Positions 54,339 to 62,765 of a stretch of DNA of 64,000 bases are shown one piece after another. The notes below the pieces were generated by a model. It was not told the DNA's origin and searched no databases. It saw nothing but the letters and a program-made list of their open reading frames with translations. This stretch comes from Enterococcus phage VRE9_2. The position numbers were made by a program, and so were the translations under genes. The first letter of the stretch is position 1. Each line of letters begins with the position of its first letter. The DNA is taken from sequence record PP680568.1; one strand, written 5' to 3'.

Positions 54339-54701
54339 TTATCTTTTTCTTTCCCAGAAATATTTTTCAAGAAAATCGCAAAAATCTGTTTTTTCATCAA
54401 TTTTCCACACTATTTTAATTTCATTAGTATTATTAAGTAAGCAAATTCTTTCAGTTATAAAGCCAACAAAGTCATGAAATTTATTTGTGTCACTTGTTCG
54501 TTGTTTATTTCTAAAAAGCTTTTTAGGAAGTTCTACATAATTACATCTTTCAGGCAACCAACTAGTATAAGCTTTTAAATATAAACTTTTTTCGTTGTTT
54601 TCACTTCTAAACATTTCTTCATTATATTGTGACTTTGTTATTACTTGTATAGGATATTTTTCATTAGTTTCTAAATTGACTATTTCAATAATCTCTATCA
54701 T
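54339..54701 (-). CDS. Small protein (array member)
   Basis: 120 aa. Confidence 0.45.
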   Translation of the reverse strand: MIEIIEIVNLETNEKYPIQVITKSQYNEEMFRSENNEKSLYLKAYTSWLPERCNYVELPKKLFRNKQRTSDTNKFHDFVGFITERICLLNNTNEIKIVWKIDEKTDFCDFLEKYFWERKR

Positions 54702-54752
54702 ACATTATCATTCCTTTCTATATATCTAATATATCATAGTTTCGGGACGGTG

Positions 54753-54989
54753 TCAATAAATATTTTCATTTAACCATTTAACAAAATCATTATACACTTG
54801 ATGAATATCAAATCTATTTTGAAATTGCATATTAAAATCATATTTATTTCGTAACCATTCACTGAGTGCATAGCTATCAACTAAAGGGCTAGTAAGTTCT
54901 TTCTTATATTTAGATAGGTACTTTCGTTCTAGGTCATATTCTAAAGCAAATTCTAAAATCTCAATAGCTTCAAGAGTCTCGTTATTCAT
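54753..54989 (-). CDS. Small protein (first gene of the leftward array)
   Basis: 78 aa. Confidence 0.45.
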   Translation of the reverse strand: MNNETLEAIEILEFALEYDLERKYLSKYKKELTSPLVDSYALSEWLRNKYDFNMQFQNRFDIHQVYNDFVKWLNENIY

Positions 54990-55019
54990 TTTGAATACCT
55001 CTTTTCAATAGGTTTTGGG

Positions 55020-56300
55020 GCTATTCATCTAATCCCTATAAATAGTATAATATATAAAACCCTAATTGTCAAATGATTTTTAACATTAGACAAAATATTT
55101 TTATATACATTATGTGTGCATATATACATTCGATAACAGATGTTATTTTAATAGACTATCGAGAGATGTAAGCGCTTACAAAAGATTTACTTAAACAGAT
55201 GAATTGAAAGCGCTTTATTTTACGTTTTAAGAGCTTTTCATATTATTTGGCATAATTATCTATTAAGCATTATAAAACCCAAGAGAAGAGCAAAGAAGTA
55301 TATTGCGGACGTTGTTATTGTCTTTTATTAAGGCGCTATAATAAATAGTCTTATATAAAATAACATTTATCAGTTATTATAACAAGTGTTATTTTTGGTG
55401 GCAGAGATGTGATGAGCTAATATATTGTGAAACATTTCACGCATGTACAGTCATTCATATAATAATTTATTCATATGTATTGATGAACAGATGAACATAT
55501 ATTCATATGTATTCACTGCTAGTCTGTGAACGTTGTCACAGATGTAAGCGCTTACAACTCATTGACGCAAGGTGTCAAGTAAAATTACTTGGCGCACATA
55601 TGTTCGGTTGGCTCCCAGCAACTTGATGAATAACAAAGGTTATTTAATTTTATAGTTCGGCATTTTAAATAACAAGTGTTATTTAAATATACTTAAATAC
55701 TTGAATAGATATACATATGAACATATATTCATATATTGTGGCAGTAGGTACAGATGGACTAGACCAATCATAACTCTAAACGATTGTGAAATATTTCACA
55801 AGGATTCCACTCAATGTTAGAAATTAGTTGATATTATTAAATAACAAGTGTTATTTTTGGTGGCAGTAACGCAGATGAGCGTTATTTAATAAACAAGGGA
55901 GTTAGTGGCAAGGGATGCACAGGTCGTTATTTAATTAGGTCAATAAGTTTTTGTAACAGTAGTAAAAGGCTTGTTATCATTAGGGTTTGGGCGTTTTCAG
56001 GAATGGAATTGAGATTGGAATTCGATTTACGATTGTTATTTTAGCCCATGGGGGTTGGGTTCATGCGGGTGTTATAGGCTGTTATTTTTTCTGAAATAGC
56101 TTTTGGTGGGGATGGTTTTGGGATTTGTGAAAATATTCACAAGTCAATCAGGGAAGCCGCGGCAACAACACTTAATCAGAGCTTCAAAATTGAAAATCGC
56201 ATGACTATCTTTTTTCTACAACGTCTCACGGTTGGGGTAGATTTATCTATAGTTCTGCCCAGTTTTTATATTGATACCAGAGTAAATGTAAATAAAGGAG
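55020..56300. repeat. 1.3-kb noncoding region with operator-like palindromes: TGTAAGCGCTTACA (55167-55180, 55544-55557), AAATAACAAGTGTTATTT (55667-55684, 55839-55856), 24-bp direct repeat AACAAGTGTTATTTTTGGTGGCAG (55381, 55843), many GTTATTT half-sites; candidate origin/regulatory hub
   Basis: Direct reading; no credible ORF. Confidence 0.6.
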
Positions 56301-56309
56301 GAGTTCGAC

Positions 56310-56510
56310 ATGGCAAAACACGTCATAGAAGAAGAGCTTCTACATGGTTCGGGCTTTAACGTCGTAACTAATGGAGAAGTAGAGATTACCGCTGATAACG
56401 CTGAGCGGATCTTAAAATTTATTACCGATGGCACAATTGATATTGACGTTGTTAATCATAATATTAAATTTAGCTCTCGAGTTCCAGTATTCACAACATT
56501 AGATTGGTAA
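56310..56510 (+). CDS. Hypothetical small protein upstream of tail fiber
   Basis: 66 aa, GGAGGAG RBS. Confidence 0.5.
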   Translation: MAKHVIEEELLHGSGFNVVTNGEVEITADNAERILKFITDGTIDIDVVNHNIKFSSRVPVFTTLDW

Positions 56511-56526
56511 AGGAGGATGTGAATAA

Positions 56527-58389
56527 ATGATTAAGTTTCACAAGGTTAGCGGCAAACCCGCTAAAGTAGAATCTGGCGATGAAAATATTTGGTTTTCTTA
56601 TCCAAACGGTATTTATGTTGCCGATAATCAAGGCAACCCACGACTAATTTCCCCAGGGAAAATGATTGGCGATGCTGTTCCTGTTGGAGTACCAAACGAA
56701 CCAGGTCTATTTTATTATAATACATCAAATAAGAAAAACTATATTTCTACCGCAGAAAAATGGGTTGAAATTGGTACTGGTAGTATTCCAGGGACAGGAG
56801 GAGGCAGCAATATCGCTGGCAATGTTTTAATCGACGATGCCGCCGATAATTATACTTCGGTCGATGTTGAGGGCGCTCTTGCTGAGATTGCCGAAAAATT
56901 CCCATGGTACTTTGGTAAAATGCAATTAAAAGATTTTAATGGTGACATTAATACTCTATTAAAATCCACTGAAAATTATATTACAACTAGCGCCACAAAT
57001 CGCCCCAATGACAAAACAGGTTGGCTCATCCAACGTAAGGCTTCTAATAACAATACTTATGGATTCGTCATTGGTGATGATGGCACCGCCCAAACAAGGG
57101 TCAACAATAAGTTCACCCCACTAGCGGCCCAAGCCGACCTCGCCAAACTACAAGATACTGTTGATTCCTCTCTTGGAGAATTAAAGGTAAATGTAGGGAA
57201 AGGATTAGCTTCTGATGGAAAGACATTAGCAAATGGGCAAACTATTTCATTGGCACAAGATATTTTAGATAAGATTGATGCTGCCGGAGCTGGAGCTAAT
57301 TTTGTTAAAAAAGCTGGAGATACTATGACTGGTCCTCTAGTAATGAAAGCTGGTTCTGGACAAGTTTCTCAAGTACAATTTAGTAGTACAGGTTCTGCTA
57401 ATAATGTAGCAATATTGGATGATCCAAGAGGGACGTCCAAGAATTCTCCTTATGGAGGGAAAGAAGGCGGTTCTCGTTTTAGAATTGCTAATGTGAAAAA
57501 GAATTTCGATATTATGTCGGCTTATAGTGATGGGTCGGTTGATATCCATGCAAATGGTCCTCGTGCGGTATTTGGCAATGCAAGCACTAATGGACGAACT
57601 ACTATTTTAAATAATAATAATAGTGGTGGGACTTCAGTTGATATTGTTGCGCCTTTTAGTGACGTTCCATTATTTGTTAAGGGTAAGAATGGACAATTAC
57701 ATTATAAGGTTAATGGTGGAATGAACAGTTTGCTTTCTGGTAACAGTAGCAGTGGTCGTAAAAATCTACGTATTGCTGGTATGGGAAGTAATTCTGAATT
57801 AGCTACATTGTATTTTGAAGCATGGAATACAAGAGCTAAAGGTAAAATTCATTCTGGTTCGGCTATTAATGTTGGTTTTAACCATGAGACTTCTAAGGGT
57901 ACTGGTGATGGGGATGTATGTCTACGTATTTTCCCAAGAAAAGCTGGGCTTAATGGTGAGGCAAATGCTTTGAGAAACTATGCTGTATTATATTATGAGC
58001 AATATAGTCAGACTTTAGTTGTTGACTCATTCAAGGGTAATGCAAACTTTACAAGCAACGAACGTAATAATTTTGTACGTTTATCTTCTGATGGTTTTAT
58101 TACACGTTCTTCAGTAAAATATAAGAATCCTATTAAGAAATTTGAAGAAGATGCTTTATCAAAAGTTAAAGAAGTTACACCCGAATTATATGCCTATAAA
58201 AATGATCCAAAACAAAGTACTCAATTAGGATTTATTATTGAACATGGTCTTCCCCAAGAGGTAGTAGAGATGGAAGGGCGAGGCGTGAACGCTTATGCGC
58301 TGACAGCTTACTTATGGAGAGCAACGCAACAACTGTCTCAAGAAGTAGATTCATTAAAAGAAGAATTGAAAAATTTAAGAAATAGTTAA
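56527..58389 (+). CDS. Tail fiber protein with probable C-terminal intramolecular-chaperone (S74-like) domain
   Basis: 620 aa Gly/Ser/Asn/Thr-rich fibrous composition; C-terminal ..LGFIIEHGLPQEVVEMEGRGVNAYALTAYLWRATQQLSQEVDSLKEELKNL. Confidence 0.6.
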   Translation: MIKFHKVSGKPAKVESGDENIWFSYPNGIYVADNQGNPRLISPGKMIGDAVPVGVPNEPGLFYYNTSNKKNYISTAEKWVEIGTGSIPGTGGGSNIAGNVLIDDAADNYTSVDVEGALAEIAEKFPWYFGKMQLKDFNGDINTLLKSTENYITTSATNRPNDKTGWLIQRKASNNNTYGFVIGDDGTAQTRVNNKFTPLAAQADLAKLQDTVDSSLGELKVNVGKGLASDGKTLANGQTISLAQDILDKIDAAGAGANFVKKAGDTMTGPLVMKAGSGQVSQVQFSSTGSANNVAILDDPRGTSKNSPYGGKEGGSRFRIANVKKNFDIMSAYSDGSVDIHANGPRAVFGNASTNGRTTILNNNNSGGTSVDIVAPFSDVPLFVKGKNGQLHYKVNGGMNSLLSGNSSSGRKNLRIAGMGSNSELATLYFEAWNTRAKGKIHSGSAINVGFNHETSKGTGDGDVCLRIFPRKAGLNGEANALRNYAVLYYEQYSQTLVVDSFKGNANFTSNERNNFVRLSSDGFITRSSVKYKNPIKKFEEDALSKVKEVTPELYAYKNDPKQSTQLGFIIEHGLPQEVVEMEGRGVNAYALTAYLWRATQQLSQEVDSLKEELKNLRNS

Positions 58390-58390
58390 G

Positions 58391-58425
58391 ATTAAAAAGA
58401 GAACTTGAAAAAGTTCTCTTTTTTT
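58391..58425 (+). terminator. Rho-independent terminator after tail fiber
   Basis: AAAAAGAGAACTT-GAAA-AAGTTCTCTTTTTTT. Confidence 0.65.
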
Positions 58426-58428
58426 ACT

Positions 58429-58463
58429 TGACATTATTTAGTCTATATGCTATAATATAAATA
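58429..58463 (+). promoter_or_regulatory. Consensus promoter TTGACA-N17-TATAAT
   Basis: TTGACATTATTTAGTCTATATGCTATAAT. Confidence 0.6.
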
Positions 58464-58498
58464 TAGAAAGACATAAAATATTGGAGGAATAAATATAG

Positions 58499-59518
58499 AT
58501 GGCATCATTACAATTAAATAATGCTTTGCAAACCTATGAAGAAAGGTTAGAATGGGTTAACAAAGAGATAAAAAGAATTGGAGAAGATAAATTAACTCCA
58601 TATCAACGAGATAAAATTGCTACATATTTAATAGATGGGACAAATCCAGAATCTCGTGGAGAAATTATTACAGCTAATCGTTTAGTTACAGTAAATAAAA
58701 GAGAAACTTCAAGAGAAGGATTAATGGAAAAACTTGAAGGAGGAGAAAGTGCCTTTCATCAATTAATTAAACAAGATAAAAATGTAATTTTAACACCAAA
58801 AGTAGAGATAACAGAAGAAGATATTGCGGAAGTACCTGGCTTGGCACAATTGAGAGAAGAAATTGATAAATTGCAAAAATATTTAGATGAAAATCCAGAT
58901 ATGCCTAAAAAACTAGCAGGAAAAATTAAACAAACCATCATTGAAATGCGTAGAGATCAGTATGTTCTTAAAAATTCTCATCGTCAACCAATCTTTGGAA
59001 GAGGTAATACAGGAAATATTGAACAGGATATTCATTATGATACAATTAATTTACAACAACGAGATCAAGTATTGTCATTATTGATTAACTATAGTAGCTT
59101 AAAAATTGAATTTAAAGATAATAATGATTCAGATATTAAATGGATTTTAGAAGATCTTGATAGATTAATTCAAAAATCTCTTGCCGAAAAACCTACTTTA
59201 CTTTATATTTTAAATGAAAAAATTATTGGGTCACGCAATGATGAAATCAGAGAAGGACTTATTGAAATTTTTGGAGTAGATCATACACAAGAATATATTT
59301 CATCTTTATATAGAAATAAAATTCCACAAATTATTGCAGATGCTGCGACAGAAGAGTGGATTGATTATATGTATATGAACAAACTTAAGGGGACTTACAA
59401 ACGTTGTTCTCGTTGTAAAGAAATTAAATTAGCAAATAATCGTAATTTTAGTATTAATAGAACATCTTCATCACAGTTTTATTCAATTTGTAAAGAGTGT
59501 CGTAACAACAAAAAATAA
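58499..59518 (+). CDS. Hypothetical protein with C-terminal zinc ribbon
   Basis: 339 aa; ..CSRCKEIK..CKECRNNKK. Confidence 0.5.
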   Translation: MASLQLNNALQTYEERLEWVNKEIKRIGEDKLTPYQRDKIATYLIDGTNPESRGEIITANRLVTVNKRETSREGLMEKLEGGESAFHQLIKQDKNVILTPKVEITEEDIAEVPGLAQLREEIDKLQKYLDENPDMPKKLAGKIKQTIIEMRRDQYVLKNSHRQPIFGRGNTGNIEQDIHYDTINLQQRDQVLSLLINYSSLKIEFKDNNDSDIKWILEDLDRLIQKSLAEKPTLLYILNEKIIGSRNDEIREGLIEIFGVDHTQEYISSLYRNKIPQIIADAATEEWIDYMYMNKLKGTYKRCSRCKEIKLANNRNFSINRTSSSQFYSICKECRNNKK

Positions 59519-59534
59519 CGAGGAGTTACTTAAT

Positions 59535-60818
59535 ATGGCAGATAAGAAACGAGTAATTTTGGATACAAATATTTTGATGAGTACAAAAAGAATTAACAGT
59601 TTAATTGAGGAATTTGAAGATTGTGATTTGTTAGTTACACTTGGAACCTTAGGAGAACTAGATAGATTAAAAACCGCTGAGGGTCAGCGAGGGTTTGAAG
59701 CTAGAAATGGCTTAAGAATGCTGCGAGAAAATGAAGATTTATTCACGATTATCGACACCGAAAATCCAGAAAGACCCTCTTATGATAAATCTACTGTAGA
59801 TGGAGATATCATATTCTTGGCGCAAAAAGAGAATCGTTTGCTTTCCGAGATCGAGGTAGTAACTAACGACTTATCTATGGGAACAGTAGCTAAAGCAAAT
59901 AAGGTTAATGTACGAACCTTCTACGAAGACGCAGACAAATATCGAGAAGGATATACAGTTGTTGATGTCTCTGATGAACTAGAAGATGATACAAATGCAA
60001 TGCTATTCGCCCTAGCTAATCAATATATCTCCTCTCTTGGGTTATTAGAAAATGAATATTTAGTTTTAGAAAAACATGGAGAACCTTATTTCTTTGTTGT
60101 AGAAGAAGGTAGAGCAACAAAAATTTTCGATGATAACCCTGTAAGACATAATAAACATATCAATATATGTTCTTCGGAATTTGGTACTTTAAACCCTAAA
60201 GAAAAAGACTATGCTCAATTTTGCGCTTTTGATATGTTAGGTAAGCATGATATTTCATTATTAACTGGTCCTGCTGGATCTGGGAAAACTTATTTAATGC
60301 TTGCAAAACAATTTGAAATGTTAGAAAAAGAAGAAATTTGCAAAATTACAATATTTGTTAATCCAGAAAAGGCTCGTGGAGCTAAAACGCTTGGTTTTTA
60401 TAAAGGTGACAGAAATCTAAAATTAATGCAAGAATCTATTGGAGGAATCTTAGCTTCAAAAATTGGCGAACGAGAAAGAGCAATTGAATATATTGAATCT
60501 GGACTTATTGAAATTATTCCTATTTCAGATATTCGTGGTTATGAAGTAACAGAAAATTCTTCTTTATATATTACAGAAGCTCAAAATTTAAATAAAGATT
60601 TAATGCAGTTAGCTTTGCAACGTGCTGGAGAAGGAACTAAAGTTTTTATTGAAGGAGATCCAACTACGCAATTGGATTCATGGGCTTATGAAGGCGATAA
60701 TAATGGTATGCTTAAATTAATTGAAGTTTTTGCTGGAACGGAAGTTTTCGGTAATATTCATTTAAGTAATATCTATCGCTCTCGTGTTGCAGATTTAGCA
60801 GAACAAATGACAAAATGA
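59535..60818 (+). CDS. phoH: PhoH-like ATPase with N-terminal PIN domain
   Basis: N-terminal VILDTNILM (PIN), Walker A GPAGSGKT, Walker B-like ..LYITEAQNL.. Confidence 0.7.
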   Translation: MADKKRVILDTNILMSTKRINSLIEEFEDCDLLVTLGTLGELDRLKTAEGQRGFEARNGLRMLRENEDLFTIIDTENPERPSYDKSTVDGDIIFLAQKENRLLSEIEVVTNDLSMGTVAKANKVNVRTFYEDADKYREGYTVVDVSDELEDDTNAMLFALANQYISSLGLLENEYLVLEKHGEPYFFVVEEGRATKIFDDNPVRHNKHINICSSEFGTLNPKEKDYAQFCAFDMLGKHDISLLTGPAGSGKTYLMLAKQFEMLEKEEICKITIFVNPEKARGAKTLGFYKGDRNLKLMQESIGGILASKIGERERAIEYIESGLIEIIPISDIRGYEVTENSSLYITEAQNLNKDLMQLALQRAGEGTKVFIEGDPTTQLDSWAYEGDNNGMLKLIEVFAGTEVFGNIHLSNIYRSRVADLAEQMTK

Positions 60819-60889
60819 TATAAGACATTATGTCCAGCTTTCAATTATTCTGAAGCTGGACATTTTTATTAAATTAAGGAGGTTTAAAA

Positions 60890-62053
60890 ATGGCTCAGGA
60901 AGAAAAACAAAAATCGGTAGTAGAAATGCAAGCAGAAAAAATTCACTGCGAACATTGTAATAGATTTTATCCTGCAAAGGATTTTTATAAAGATAAAAAT
61001 GGAGACCCAATGAAAAAATGTAAGAAATGTATGGCATCTCTTATTGATTTAAAATCTCCATCAACAGTAATGAAGATTATGGAAGAAATTGATATTCCAT
61101 ATATTCCAGATGAATGGAATTCATTAAGAGAACGATATGAATTCTCAACATCTAAAGATGGTAAAACTATTCGTAACAAAAATGCAAACCAATCTGTTTT
61201 AGGACGCTATATTGGTAAAATGCGATTAGAACAATATAAAGGCTATAAATTCTCTGATACTCCTCAATTTATGGAACAACACGATCAAGAAATTCAGCAA
61301 AAACGTGATATACTCCATCAAAAACTAGAGGATTTATTAGATAAAGGGTATGATCCTGACACCGCTATGCAATTAATGGCAGGAAGAATTGATACAGAAG
61401 ATGAAGATCCTGCACTAACTAAAACTCAAATAAAAGAATTAAAAATTAAATGGGGAACTTTATATAATGAAGAAGAGTTAATTCAATTAGAAACTTTTTA
61501 TGGGGAAATGCACGAATCTTATGATATCACTTCTGCTTCTCATGAAGATTACTTAAAACAAATCTGTAAAGTTTCTCTACGTATGCACAGTTTAATTGAT
61601 TCAGGAATGTATGACGAATACCAAAAATTATCTAATACTTATGATAAAATGATGAAATCTGCTAAATTTACTGCTTCCCAAGAGAAAGAGGAAGATAAAT
61701 TTATTGATAGTATCTCTGAAATGGTGCGTTTGTGTGAAGAAGAAGGATTTATTCCTGTTTATCATACAGATGAGCCACAAGATATCGTAGATGTTACATT
61801 ACGAGATTTCACAAACTATGTGCGTAATTTAGTTGAAAAAGAATTAAACTTAGATTCTCTAATTGAAAAAGGCTTAGAACAAATTAAATTAGACGAAGAA
61901 AAAGAACAAATGTCTGCAGATGATGCTCTGTTTGTAGAAGAAGACATGGTTTCTGATGATGATTTATTGTTTGAAGCTGTTAATACCGAGGTTCTGCCAG
62001 AACTTACTGATGAAGCTAAGTTATTGGGGGTAGAACTTGATGGCAAAGAATAA
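60890..62053 (+). CDS. Hypothetical protein with N-terminal zinc ribbon, immediately upstream of terminase large subunit (small terminase candidate by position only)
   Basis: 387 aa; CEHCNRFY..CKKC; overlaps TerL start. Confidence 0.45.
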   Translation: MAQEEKQKSVVEMQAEKIHCEHCNRFYPAKDFYKDKNGDPMKKCKKCMASLIDLKSPSTVMKIMEEIDIPYIPDEWNSLRERYEFSTSKDGKTIRNKNANQSVLGRYIGKMRLEQYKGYKFSDTPQFMEQHDQEIQQKRDILHQKLEDLLDKGYDPDTAMQLMAGRIDTEDEDPALTKTQIKELKIKWGTLYNEEELIQLETFYGEMHESYDITSASHEDYLKQICKVSLRMHSLIDSGMYDEYQKLSNTYDKMMKSAKFTASQEKEEDKFIDSISEMVRLCEEEGFIPVYHTDEPQDIVDVTLRDFTNYVRNLVEKELNLDSLIEKGLEQIKLDEEKEQMSADDALFVEEDMVSDDDLLFEAVNTEVLPELTDEAKLLGVELDGKE

Positions 62054-62765
62054 AAAACATGAAGATAAAAATACAACTCTTATTGATATTAAATCAGATT
62101 TTATTAACTCCAAAAAAAATCGAGAAGTATTCTTAACAGAAGAGAGAGTGCGCAAAAGCATACCCACTTTTACAGAATACGTCTCCTTTTGGAGAGAATA
62201 TCCAGATATGTTTATTGATATGATAAAGGGACCAGACAGCAAATTTAATTTTTTCTTTTACCAAAGATTATTTTTACGTGCTGCTATGAGGCATAAATAC
62301 TTTTTTGGTACTTTTACACGTGCCTTTTCTAAATCATTTTTATCTGTTATGCTAATGATGGAAAAATGTATTTTATATCCAGGAATTAAAGTATTTATTA
62401 CTTCTGGTGGTAAAGAGCAGGCTGCTGGTATTGCTGCAGAAAAAATTAATGAAATTTGTGATATGATACCATCAATTAAAAAAGAAATCAATTGGGCGCC
62501 AGGACAAACGAAGCTTAATGGTAAAGATTATGTGCAGGTTGTATTTAAAAATGGTAGTCGATTCGACGTAGTAGCAGCTAAAGAAAGTTCTCGTGGTGGA
62601 CGTCGACATTCAGGACTTATTGATGAGGTTATTTTGGTTGATGGAGAAAAATTCTCACAAGTTATTTTACCTATGATGAACGTATCTCGTCGAGCTGCTA
62701 ATGGACAAGTAGATCCTAATGATAAAATGAATAAATCTCAAGTTTATATCACGTTAATAATCTAA
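62037..62765 (+). CDS. terL: Terminase large subunit, N-terminal ATPase exon (T4 gp17-like); reading frame runs into intron and stops at 62765
   Basis: ..FGTFTRAFSKSF.. Walker A-like, ..GSRFDVVAAKESSRGGRRHSGLIDEV.. Walker B (IDE) region, matching T4-type TerL order. Confidence 0.6.
   Translation: MMAKNKKHEDKNTTLIDIKSDFINSKKNREVFLTEERVRKSIPTFTEYVSFWREYPDMFIDMIKGPDSKFNFFFYQRLFLRAAMRHKYFFGTFTRAFSKSFLSVMLMMEKCILYPGIKVFITSGGKEQAAGIAAEKINEICDMIPSIKKEINWAPGQTKLNGKDYVQVVFKNGSRFDVVAAKESSRGGRRHSGLIDEVILVDGEKFSQVILPMMNVSRRAANGQVDPNDKMNKSQVYITLII

Noticed and set aside
60890-62053. Assigning 60890..62053 as terminase small subunit
   Set aside because: Only positional evidence (upstream of terL) and a zinc ribbon; 387 aa is atypically large, so the feature is listed as hypothetical with the TerS idea flagged as unproven.
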